From NCBI GenBank assembly GCA_000004695.1, contig CM000151.3, forward strand, positions 1,952,001 to 2,016,000: 64,000 bases of DNA. Direction: 5' to 3'. This document shows positions 25,616 through 36,103 of this stretch, one piece after another. The position numbers were made by a program, and so were the translations under genes. Every line of letters starts with the position of its first letter. Position 1 is the first letter of the stretch. The stretch comes from Dictyostelium discoideum. Lineage: Eukaryota. Below the pieces are notes generated by a model. It worked only from the letters and a program-made list of their open reading frames with translations, did no database searches and was not told the origin of the DNA.

Positions 25616-28006
25616 TATATTAATAATGATAAAGATAAAATAATAACAAATTATATTAAAACCAACTCAATAGAATGGTGCTTACAATATAATAATAATG
25701 ATAAAGATAGTATGATATCATACATTTTGGAAAATAAAATTTTTTTATATAATCAATATGGGTTTCATAATTATTATAAATATGATTTAGAAATTTTTGT
25801 AGTAAATAATGATAAAGCGTACAATTTAAATCAATGTATCCCAACAACAACAGCAACTGAAGAAGTTACAACAATGGTAAAAGAATTGGAAATTAATTCA
25901 AAAATTAGTGATTATGAAAAAATAAAACAATTTATTAAATCAATTGTTAAAAAGGAAAATTCAATGAAATTATATAGTTTTTATTATTTTAAATATTATG
26001 AATTAATTGAAAAGGATGATGATTTTAAAGGTTTTAATGATAGTGGATTCTTAAGATTAAATACAGTTGGAATATTAAATAAAATTGATAATTTAATTAT
26101 TGATTTAAAAAATAATAAAATTAATACCAATGATATTATTAATTTTATTATTAAATTTTTAAATGAAATTAAATGGAATAATTGGAGAAAGAATAAAGTT
26201 TTATTAAATAGAATTAGAATTTTAATATTTGAAATTGTTAATGATAATAAAGAACTATATGAAAAATCAATAACTAAATTAAAACAATCATTAAACATTC
26301 AATTATATAATTTATTTGAATTTCCTAAAGAATGGAATTCGAATATGATTTCATTAACAATTGAACCAATGAAAAGTAATGACATTTTATTAATGGATAA
26401 AAATAATTATTGGTTAAATGCTATTGATCGTATAAATAATAATAATAGTAATAAAAGTATTGCAACACCATTTATAATAGAATTAAAAAAGAAATTATGG
26501 AAAAATTTAATAGCATTTGATCAAGATGAAAAAATAAATAAAATAAACAATAAAAACAATGTTAAAATTAATAATAATAATAATAAAAATAATAATTTTA
26601 ATTTATATGAACGTTTTCAAAATGAAAATAATCAAAAAGAAAATTTAAAATTCAAAAGTACAATTATAAATTTTAGTCAATTTTTAGATATATCAAATCC
26701 ATTTCCCCTTGAAACTGATATAAAAGAATCATTTGAAACTATCTTTGAATCAATTAATGAATTTGATATTACAAAAATTAAATCAGTAATTAATTCAATC
26801 GATATCTTTTCACCACCAATCTCAAGACAATTCTCAAGATCATGGGAAGCATTTATAAAGAAATTTTTTAATAATCAATTTGAATTAATACAAGACGATG
26901 ATCAACTTGAAATTGTAAAGAATTATTTAAAATTTTGGTTAACTTTAAATCCAAAAATCGTTAAAAAAACATCATCATCATCATCAACAACAGCAACAAC
27001 AACAACAGCAATATCAACAAAACCAAAAAGACCAACAAGACCACTACCAAATTATCAATTTATAATTAATTATTTATTTAAAATTTTGATTAAATTTAAA
27101 GGTATTTCAATTTCAGAATTAATTGAAATTAAAAATCAAATTAAAAAGAAATCAATTTTATTGGAAAATTCAGTTTATCATATTGGATTCTATTTAAATT
27201 TTAAATCTTCAAAATATTTTGCATATTTTAAAAATGATTCACTTTTAGGAAATAAAGCAAATTTAAATGATTTAAATAAAATTTGTACATTTGAATTTAT
27301 ATTTGAAGAAGGTAGATCATTTGATGAAATATTAGAAACAATTATAATCAATAGTACATCAATAACTGATAATACAATCAACTACCTAATTAATATAAAT
27401 AGAATTAAATTATTTAGAAAATATTTCCCAATTTATTTAAAAAATGACAGATATTTCATTTTTAATGAACTTTTACAAATTGGTTTTACCCTTTTAAAAA
27501 AGTTAATTAATTATAGTACAAATTTAGAATATATTCAATCCAATTTAAATGAATATTTACAACAAATTGAATTAAAAGTATTGGATAATAAAATTGATAT
27601 TATAATTTTTAAGAAAATTTTAAGTAATATTTTAGGTTATTCAATAATTTTAAATAGAAAAGATATAGTTTCATTCATTATAAATCAATATAATATAAAG
27701 GAAATTTCAAATGATTTTACTTATTGGAATAATTATCCAATGATTGAATATATTTGTGAAAATCATCCAAATGTTGATATTTCAAAACCTTTTCAAACTG
27801 CCTTTGATAATAGTTTACCATTTCTTTCAAAATCAATACCAATCTTTGATATCCTTATAAAGTATAAACCATCTTTATTCATAATTACACCTTATAATTT
27901 AAACAATGCAATTTCATCCAAAGATTATTATATTTTAAATTATTATTTTAAAAAAGGTTATTTACATAAAGATGAAGATGGTAATTTTAAATTAATAAAA
28001 AATTAA
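24953..28006 (+). CDS. Member 3 of the paralogous family (MNEDLTKLKREIIQQQPMDYNEILFWKVFKNNFLKRQIFYLMLNMDIEF...); a single exon of about 1017 aa with a 30-unit (AAT)n poly-Asn tract
   Basis: The long ORF is listed from 24869, but the upstream MIIFFFFHF... is poly-T translation, so the first plausible ATG is 24953. It shares the N-terminal motif and an overall Leu/Ile/Asn/Lys-rich repeat organisation with 8673 and 11629. All three are on the plus strand. Confidence 0.65.
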
Positions 28007-28097
28007 TAGAAAATAAAAAAATAAAATAAAATAAATAAATTTAATTCAAATATTTTGTTTTTATTAATATTATTTTGATTTTTTTTTTTTTTTTTTT

Positions 28098-28997
28098 TTA
28101 ATCTAATTTAAAATTTGAATTTTTTAAATATTCTCCAAATGTTGTGAATTTTGTAATTTTTGAAGCAATTGATTGATCTAAATCATTGAATACACCAAAT
28201 TCATTGTAAAATTCAAACATTGAAGCTAAATCATTAGCATTTGGGAATCCAAATGTACGGAATATTGAAGGTGGTATAAATTTGAATGTAACAGATTTAC
28301 CAGATACTTTGGAGAAGATATTGGCAATTTCAGGACCAGAAAGAGCTCCACCAGAGAATGGTACAACAACACCAGAATATTTATTTTCATTTAATAGGAT
28401 TTCACATACTATTGCACCGATATTATCAACATCACCCATATCCATTGGTTTGCCATTTGATGGTAAAGAGATTGTATAACCACCATCACCATTTTCATTC
28501 TTTTTTGGTACGAATGATTTAAAATTTTGATAATAAAATGGTGCATAAACGAATGAACTGATAAATGATGGATTGGATTCAGATAATTCTCTAACATATT
28601 CTTCAACTAAATATTTTTGGTCAAAATGTGGTACGATGATACGACCATTTGAAATCTTATTACATGGAGGAAGACCACTGAATACAAAGTGTTTAACACC
28701 AGCACCGAATGCAGCATCAGCTATCTTTTTACCAACATCGGTTTCATTTTGTGCAAAAGCAATTGTTAAAGCAAATACAGCATCACTACCTTTTAAAACT
28801 TCTTGAATAGCTTCTTTTGAATCGGTATCATTTGATTTTACAACTTCAGCTCCCAACTCTTTTAATGATTTTGATGCTTCACTACTTGGATCTCTTGTTA
28901 ATGCACGAACTTTAAAATTACCATTTTTTAATAATTCCCTAACAACTGAACTACCTTGTTGACCTGTTGCTCCAAAAACTGTAACTAATTTTGTCAT
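28098..28997 (-). CDS. NmrA-like family NAD(P)-binding protein (atypical SDR/isoflavone-reductase-like), single exon, 299 aa
   Basis: MTKLVTVFGATGQQGSSVVRELLKNGNFKVRALTRDPSSEASKSLKELGAEVVKSNDTD carries a Rossmann TGATGxxG motif and the NmrA-type N-terminus. The ORF is uninterrupted on the minus strand. Confidence 0.75.
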   Translation of the reverse strand: MTKLVTVFGATGQQGSSVVRELLKNGNFKVRALTRDPSSEASKSLKELGAEVVKSNDTDSKEAIQEVLKGSDAVFALTIAFAQNETDVGKKIADAAFGAGVKHFVFSGLPPCNKISNGRIIVPHFDQKYLVEEYVRELSESNPSFISSFVYAPFYYQNFKSFVPKKNENGDGGYTISLPSNGKPMDMGDVDNIGAIVCEILLNENKYSGVVVPFSGGALSGPEIANIFSKVSGKSVTFKFIPPSIFRTFGFPNANDLASMFEFYNEFGVFNDLDQSIASKITKFTTFGEYLKNSNFKLD

Positions 28998-29005
28998 TTT
29001 TTTTA

Positions 29006-29036
<31 letters not shown>

Positions 29037-29429
29037 CTATTTTATTAATGCTTTATTTTAAATAATAATAAAAATAATAATAAAATTTTTTAGTTTTTAT
29101 AGTTTTTTTTTTTTCAGTCAAATATATTAAAATATGTGTCAGCATCTTAGAACCATTTCAAAAAAAAAAATTTATGGGTTTACAAAGAAGGAGTAATCGA
29201 AAACAAAATGAGAAATAAAAAAAATAAAAAAAAAAAAAAGATATTTTTGGAAAATAAAAAATTAGGTGTTGAAATTTTTCAAAAAAATGTCCCACTAATC
29301 CAAAACACCATTTTCCGACACCTAATTTTTTATTCACATTTTTAAAAATGTTCTAAAAATAAAGTTTTTTTTTTATTTTTATTTTTCATATAATTTAAAT
29401 ATATTTATATTTTAAAAAGATTATTATTT

Positions 29430-31155
29430 TTATTTTATTTTATTTTTTTCTAATTTTTGTTTTTTAAGTGGTTGATCTTTAATTTCAGCATTACTGGCTG
29501 ATGTAGTTTCAGTTGGGGTTGTACTTGAGGTACTTGGTGCAGTACTAGTATTAGTAGTTGAAGTTGATGTTGTATCATTTTGTTGCTCTTGTTTTTGTTG
29601 TTGCTCTTGATGTGGTTGTTGTGGTTGTTGTGGTTGTTGTGGTTGTTGTGGTTGTTGTGGTTGTTGTTGTGTTTGTTGCTCTTGTTGTGGTTGTTGCTCT
29701 TGTTGTGGTTGTTGCTCTTGTTTCTCTTGTTGTAGTTGTTGTGGTTGTTGTGGTTGTTGTTGTGGTTGCTCTTGTTGTTGTGGTTGTTGTGGTTGTTGTG
29801 GTTGTTGTTGTGGTTATTGTTGTGGTTGTTGTTGTGGTTGTTGTTGTGTTTGTTGTTCTTTATTACCTTGATTTAATTTAATTGGTTTATATGGAGTAGT
29901 TGGAGTTAAAATTATACAAGCTCTATGATATAATTTTTCATATTCACTACCTTCATTACCGGTTTTCTCAGTAACTAACTTTTTATAAGATGGAGTACCT
30001 TTTAATGAGCCAACAACTACTTCAACAGGTACCTACCACCTATTTGACCACCCCCAAATTACACATTTCTCCACAATAAATGGAATAAGATACACATTCC
30101 TTAGTTTCACCCAAGTCAGAACTAGGAATATCACTTACACAAGCACGATCTTCATATAAAGTACCTTCCTCAGTGATATGAATAATACCTAATGTAACTT
30201 GAACTGATAATTTTGATTTAATTGAATCGAAAAAACTTGTAAGTACTATATCCCTATTTTTCAATTTCTTGAATCCAAAACTAGCAGGTGGATAACTCTG
30301 ATCAAGTACTAAGAAAAGTGATGAATTTATTTGATTATTTCTTTGTTTTTTTTCAAAATATTCAATAATACCCTCCTCAATAGTTGGTATAATTTTATTT
30401 GATTTAATAATTGATCCAATATCTATAGTTGTTGATGTGGAAGAATCAGATTTAATTAAATTATAAACTAAACATATACGTGTTCCCTCTGTAATTTCTT
30501 TAACTTCATGTTCGCAATCTGCATAGAATGCACAATATTTAATTGTTTTATTGGCACTTTCACCACTACCACTACCAACACCACTAATATTACTACTATC
30601 ATCCATTGATACTTTTACTTCATTACCTGAATGTCTAATATATAAATCACCACCTAAATGAGATGAAGGTAAATTTACAACTAATGTACCAAACATTTTA
30701 TCTTCTTTTTCTGTATCTTTATGTGATAAAAAGAATGATCCTTTATTATAAATTAATAGTTTATATAGGTTTGCTTTAACTTTATCCTTTTTAGCTAACC
30801 CTAAATCTGAGCATACACTTGGTAAAATATATTCTGAAACTATTTTATTGATTATAGTTGGTGTTTTTAATATTTTTGGATCCATTTGCCATACTTTTCT
30901 AACATTAGTATCTACAATGGTTTGTTCACCTTTACCAAATGGTGCTAGTTCACATTTTTCAATTATTTTTTCAATTGATTCATAAGTAACTGGAAATTAT
31001 AATTTAGGACCTTTCTTAACTTCAATATTTGGTATAACTTCACGAACAATTGAACCACTTGAATAATATGAACCAAATGATTCAATATTTTCAGGACTTT
31101 TTGAAACTTTTTGATTCAATTCTATATCACTTAATTCACTTAATTTTGAAATCAT
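29430..31155 (-). pseudogene. 2OG-Fe(II) oxygenase (prolyl-4-hydroxylase-like) gene with a PQQ/EQQ-repeat tail, apparently disrupted. In-frame TAA at 30997..30999, reading-frame break at about 30019..30042, and in-frame TAA at 29814..29816
   Basis: Minus strand from ATG 31153..31155 reads MISKLSELSDIELNQKVSKSPENIESFGSYYSSGSIVREVIPNIEVKKGPKL*FPVTYESIEKIIEKCELAPFGKGEQTIVDTNVRKVWQMDPKIL..., with TAA in frame (31155-30999=156). The frame continues through FLSHKDTEKEDKMFGTLVVNLP...GGDLYIRH...AFYADCEHEVKEITEGTRICLVYNL (HxD...H...R-x-L 2OG-oxygenase motifs) to TAG at 30040..30042. A second frame (first bases 2 mod 3) is open from 30035 to a TAA at 29430..29432: VPVEVVVGSLKGTPSYKKLVTEKTGNEGSEYEKLYHRACIILTPTTPYKPIKLNQGNKEQQTQQQPQQQPQQ*PQQQ...(PQQ/EQQ)n...NDTTSTSTTNTSTAPS...KDQPLKKQKLEKNKIK*. 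This frame has no ATG of its own and carries TAA inside the 9-bp repeat (caa caa TAA cca). The two frames cannot be joined by a normal-length intron. Confidence 0.55.
29588..29850. repeat. Imperfect 9-bp tandem repeat (GTTGTGGTT)n on the plus strand, equal to (CAACCACAA)n on the minus strand, encoding (PQQ)n/(EQQ)n
   Basis: Direct reading: gtggttgttgtggttgttgtggttgttgtgg... with variants ctcttgttg (EQQ). The ORF-track entries 29558..29881 (poly-V) are the antisense translation. Confidence 0.85.
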
Positions 31156-31283
31156 TTTATTTTATTTTTATTTTTATTTTTATTTTATTAAATTTTATTT
31201 TATTTTATTTTATTTTATTTTATTTCTATTGTAACTTAAACTAATTAAATTATTTATTTTTTATTTTTTATTTATTTATTTTT

Positions 31284-31342
<59 letters not shown>

Positions 31343-31839
31343 TTTTAATAAGATTGTTAATTATTCTATAATAATTTTTATTTTAATGTTTTTTTTAAAA
31401 TTAATAAATGTTGGTGGATGGGAAATTAAAAAATTAAATTATTTTTATGAATTTAGTCTTTGTAAAGACTGGAAAAATAAAAATAAAAATAAAAAAAAAA
31501 AAATAAAAAAAATAAAAAAAATCAATTTATTCTTTTTTCATCAAACCCGTTTACTTTGCTGCACTTCTTTTCTTTATTTAGTTTTAATTGATTAAATTTA
31601 TTTTTTTTTTTTTTTTTTTTTTAATCTTAAATTTTTTTTTTTTTTTTTGGATCATATTATTGAAATATCTCAAAAATTGAAAAAAAAAAAAAAAAAAAAA
31701 ATTAATAAAAATAAAAATAAATAAAAATAAAAAAAAACTTTTAAAAAAACGAAAAACGAATTTTTTTTTTTTTTTTTTTTCATTTTCCACAATTACCAAT
31801 AATAATTATTTCAAAACCGACATTGTAAAATATATAGAA

Positions 31840-33207
31840 ATGGCAAAAAAGAAAATAGAAAGCAGTGATGAAAGTAGTAGTAGTAGTGATGAAAGCAGCA
31901 GCAGTATTGAAGTAAAAAAGAATAAAAACAAAAAACCAGAAACTAAAATAAATTCATCAAAAAGAAAACATGAATCATCTTCTTCAGAATCTGAAGTAGA
32001 CTCTAAAAAATCAAAATCAACCTCACACAAACTTTCAAAACTTTCAAAAAAACAAAGTGAAAGTGAAAGTGAAAGTAGTAGCAGTGAAAGTGAAAGTGAA
32101 AGTGAAAAGAGTAGCAGTAGTGAAAGTGAAAGTGAAAGTGAAAGTGAAAATAGTAGCAGTAGTGAAAGTGAAAGTGAAAGTGAAAGTGAAAAAAACCAAG
32201 ATAAAAAAAAGATAAATAAAAGTGATAGCGAAAGCGAAACTGATAGTGATAGCGAAAGCGAAGCTGACAGTGATAAAAAAAAAAAAGAAAGTGATAGTAG
32301 TGATAGTAGTGATAGTGAAAGTAGTGACAGTGATAAAGAAACTGAAAATAAAGATAAAAATAAAACCAATAAAAAAGAAAGCAGTAGTAGTGATGAAAGT
32401 GATAACAACTCATCTGCTGAAAGTTCAAGTGAGGAAGAAGAGGAAGATGAAGAGGAAGTAGATAAAGTTTTAATGGATATTGATACAAAAACTAAAAAAA
32501 GTCAAAAGGGTCAAAAAGAAAATGAAGATGATGAAGAAGAAGAAGAAGGGGATATAATTAAAAGTACAAAAGATTTATTAAATTTATTAGTTAATAATAA
32601 TAATAGTAGTATAACATCATCATTAAATTACCCAAATAAGAAAAGAATCTCAAAGAAAACTGAACAAGAAAAAGATTACTTTATTGACAAATCTTCAATT
32701 CTCTCAACTAGATTATTATTATTATTAAGAAAAACTTTATCATTACAAACTGATAATAAATTCTCATTATCAACATTATTCAATCAGTTATCATTTAATC
32801 AATCTTCCTCCTCTTCCTCCTCCACCTCAAACACAATTTCAACATACAGTGATTTAACACTTTGGAAAGATATTCAAAAAAATAATCAAAATATAATAAA
32901 TCAAACTGATCAACAAATAAAACTAAATGATAAGAAATCAACAAATAAATCTGATGAAAACAATATAAACAATAATAATAATAATAATAATAATAAGATA
33001 AACAAAAGTTTTAGAGACTTTTATGTAGATAGAATGACAAATCAATTTGGTGATGATTTAGATAAATTAAGAGATGACCCATATTATAAAGATAGTATGT
33101 TAACTATGATTTTAGAAAGTATGGAATCTGGTATCGATTTATATACAACTCAAGATAAATTATTATTATTAAAATCAAATAATAATAATAAACAAACAAA
33201 TAAATAA
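31840..33207 (+). CDS. Acidic Ser/Glu/Asp-rich protein ((SE)n, SDSE repeats, K-rich patches) with a short conserved C-terminal module (FRDFYVDRMTNQFGDDLDKLRDDPYYKDSMLTMILESMESGIDLY); candidate nucleolar/ribosome-biogenesis phosphoprotein
   Basis: A 455-aa single ORF. The N-terminal 230 aa is (SESESE)n/(SDSD)n with K-rich spacers, a pattern typical of CK2-phosphorylated nucleolar acidic proteins of the Srp40/Nopp140 or Rsa3 kind. The C-terminal 60 aa is non-repetitive. The family assignment is tentative. The minus-strand ORFs 31806..32408 and 32003..32488 are antisense artefacts of the repeat. Confidence 0.5.
   Translation: MAKKKIESSDESSSSSDESSSSIEVKKNKNKKPETKINSSKRKHESSSSESEVDSKKSKSTSHKLSKLSKKQSESESESSSSESESESEKSSSSESESESESENSSSSESESESESEKNQDKKKINKSDSESETDSDSESEADSDKKKKESDSSDSSDSESSDSDKETENKDKNKTNKKESSSSDESDNNSSAESSSEEEEEDEEEVDKVLMDIDTKTKKSQKGQKENEDDEEEEEGDIIKSTKDLLNLLVNNNNSSITSSLNYPNKKRISKKTEQEKDYFIDKSSILSTRLLLLLRKTLSLQTDNKFSLSTLFNQLSFNQSSSSSSSTSNTISTYSDLTLWKDIQKNNQNIINQTDQQIKLNDKKSTNKSDENNINNNNNNNNNKINKSFRDFYVDRMTNQFGDDLDKLRDDPYYKDSMLTMILESMESGIDLYTTQDKLLLLKSNNNNKQTNK
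32040..32200. repeat. (AGTGAA)n hexanucleotide repeat encoding (SE)n, with interspersed agtagcagt
   Basis: Direct reading: agtgaaagtgaaagtgaaagtagtagcagtgaaagtgaaagtgaaagtgaaaag... Confidence 0.85.
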
Positions 33208-33269
33208 ATTATTATTTTTAATTTAATCTATTATTATTATTATTATTTTTTATTTTTTTATTTTTTTTT

Positions 33270-34069
33270 TTACAAATTTGTCCAAGTGGTAACTTTACTT
33301 TTAGTTTCAAATTTAACTAAAGAACCATTGGTTGGTCTTGAATCAGAGTTTGTTGACCATTCAAATAATTTTTCAGCGACTTCAGAGAGTGGTGTCCAAT
33401 CATCAAAGTTAGCATCAGACATGTATTTACGATTGGTTGGAGTATCTAATGTAACTGGTAAGATACCTAATGAAGTTGAACCGGCTGGGAGACCACCATT
33501 TTCACTTGCTAAATCTTTAATAATGTGATGAGTTGCTGCTTTGGTTGCACCATAGGCAATCATACCTGATGTTCTATTCAATGCTGCTGATGCACCTGTT
33601 AAAACGAATAAACCACCTTGATTTAAAAGTTTAGCTCCAATATGTGCTGATGCAAATGCTGAATATAAATTCATATCGATCATTCCTTTAACTGATTTTA
33701 AAAATTCATCACTTGATGCATTACCACCTGACCAACCACCTGCTGCACATACAAATGTATCAACTTTAATACCTTTTAGTTTTTTTATAAAAAAAAAAAA
33801 AATAATAAATAATAATAAATAATAATAATATTAGTATTTTTTTTTTTTTTTTTTTTTTTCAATAATATAAACTTACTTTTTGAATTGATTTTTTCAATTA
33901 CTGATTTAATTTCTTCTTCACCTGAATCTTTAATTGTAAAAGAATGATCAGCATTTGGATTTTCACGGAAATCAATTGAAATTGTATTCCAACTCTTTGA
34001 TTTAAAAAATTTAACAACTTCAGCACCTAAAGCACCTGATCCACCTAAAACTAATATATTTTTTGACAT
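33270..34069 (-). CDS. qdpr: Dihydropteridine reductase (QDPR, SDR family), 2 exons: join(33877..34069, 33270..33772) on the minus strand, with a 104-nt intron (gtaagt...aaaag)
   Basis: Spliced product MSKNILVLGGSGALGAEVVKFFKSKSWNTISIDFRENPNADHSF...|[129 protein letters not shown]... is collinear with human QDPR ([30 protein letters not shown]...[127 protein letters not shown]). The phase was verified across the intron. Confidence 0.85.
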
Positions 34070-34848
34070 TTTTAAATTATTATTATTAAAATTATTTTAA
34101 AATAATGAAAAAAAAAAAAAAAAATTGGAATTATAAAAAAAAAAAATAAAAAAAAAAAAATTTGAAAAAAAAAAATAAAAAAAAAAACAAAATTTGAAGG
34201 GGTAGATGATCACTCCAGAATCAAAAAAAAATTAAAATATTTCAATTCCATTCCAGAAATTATTTTTAGAAATTTCAATTTGTTTAAAAAAATACACACG
34301 AACGAATTCATTTATAGATTTTTTAAAAACCAAAAAAGGTTCTCATTTTGAAAATTGGAAAAAAAAAAATAAAAAAAAAAAAAAAAAAAAAAATTCTAAT
34401 TTTATTTTATTTTATTTATTTATTTATTTTATTTTATTTCATTAGATTATATATTGTATATGTATTTTTTTTTTTTTTTCTTTTGAAATGAAATAGAGAT
34501 AAATTATTTAATTTATTTTTTTATTTTTTTTATTTTTTATTTTTTTTATTTATTTTTATATAAAAATTAAAATTTCATAAGAAATTAACCCATAATTATT
34601 TCAATTAACTTTTAAAAAAAAGTCAGTACATACATGGTTTTTTTTTTTATTTTATTTAATTTAATTTTTTTTTATTTCATTTTTTTTTTTTTTTTTTTTT
34701 TAATTTTTTTTTTTTTCTTTTTATTTTATTTTATTTTATTTTTTATTTTTTTTTTTTATTTTTTTTTTTTAATTAATACTAAATTTAAATAATTATAAAA
34801 TTAAATATATAAAATTACAATAGAAAATAAAAATAATAATAATTAATA
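34070..34848. promoter_or_regulatory. Divergent promoter region between qdpr (minus) and the PTPMT1-like gene (plus)
   Basis: The start codons face apart. The 779-bp A/T-rich spacer contains poly(dA)/(dT) tracts and a complex island at about 34200-34330 (ggggtagatgatcactccagaatc...acacacgaacgaattc). Confidence 0.35.
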
Positions 34849-35547
34849 ATGAATGAAAATGAAGGAATAATAATAGAAAATATTAATAATGATAGTGGTA
34901 GTACATATTTAATGAATATATTAGGTATATTAATACCAATAAAGATAGTTGTTACAATTTATTTATTTTCAAAAGCAAGATTACCAGTTGGATTTGCAAG
35001 ATATTTTGGTAGGTTATATCATTTTATGACCAACCCAATAAGATTAGGATTACAAATTGCAGGTCTTAGAGGACCTTTCATAAGTCAATTGGATGATAAC
35101 GTTTATTTGGGTGCAATGCCAATGGGATCAGATGTAACATTACTATTTTACAAATATAAAATCAATTCAATCGTTAATCTTTGTGATGAATATCAAGGAC
35201 CAACTCAACATTACACTCAATATGGTATGCAACAATTGTATGTGCCAGTGGTTGATCATTTCGAACCAGATGTTGAAATCATTGAGAAATCAATTCAATT
35301 CATTTTAAAACAAATCGAATTAGGAAATCGTGTTTATATTCATTGTAAAGCTGGTAGAGGTCGTTCAGGTGCAATCGCAATCTGTTGGATAGCTTACTCA
35401 AGACGTGTTTCATTAGAAGTTGCTCAAAAAATTTTATTAGAAAAAAGAAAAATAGTTAGAAAACAATTATATAAACAAAAAAATGTTAATCAATATTATT
35501 CATCTTATTGTTTAAATAGTAATATTAATTCAACAACATCAATTTAA
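34849..35547 (+). CDS. PTPMT1/PLIP-like dual-specificity (PTEN-like) lipid/protein phosphatase with an N-terminal membrane anchor; single exon, 232 aa
   Basis: [99 protein letters not shown] aligns with human PTPMT1 (VLLGALPLRS...GVRGVITMNEEYETRF...LGVEQLRLSTVDMTGIPTLDNLQKGVQFALKYQSLGQCVYVHCKAGRSRSATMVAAYLIQ), including the HCKAGRxRSG CX5R P-loop. The hydrophobic N-terminus ([21 protein letters not shown]) fits a mitochondrial inner-membrane anchor. This may correspond to the Dictyostelium plip gene, but I cannot confirm that. Confidence 0.75.
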
Positions 35548-35713
35548 AAAATAAAAAAAAATTCAAAAAAATTCAGTAATAATAAACAAAACTAAAAAAA
35601 GCGAGAGAAATAGATTTTTCATTTAAAATAAAAAAAAAACAATTTTATTTTTTTAATTTTTTTTTATTTTTTTTATTTTTTTTTATTTTTTTTTTATTGA
35701 AAAAACAATAATT

Positions 35714-35753
<40 letters not shown>

Positions 35754-35847
35754 ATACAACCACATTATCGATAAAGGGATTTATTTGTTTTTTTTTTTTT
35801 TTTGTCTTTTTTTTTTTTTCTTCTATTTAATTATTCAATAAAAAAAA

Positions 35848-36067
35848 ATGAATAAAAATCAAAATGATTGGAAAGTTGAATTAAGAAAAGCAACAAGATC
35901 AAGTTTAATTAGTATAACCAATGAAACAGATTTTCAATTACAAAGAATATCATGTAAATTACAACAGGGAATGTTAAGATTAATCCCACCAGGTATGTTA
36001 ACAAGTTTAATTATTTTATGTTTTTCCCCCCCTACAAGTGGTGTGATTGTTGACATTTTATTTTGTG

Positions 36068-36103
<36 letters not shown>

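Noticed and set aside
30991-31011. Possible intron (gtcctaaattataatttccag) to bypass the TAA at 30997..30999 in the 2OG-oxygenase gene
   Set aside because: It is 21 nt, far below the spliceosomal minimum (about 50-60 nt in this genome). The flanking frame is identical before and after, so a nonsense codon is the simpler reading.
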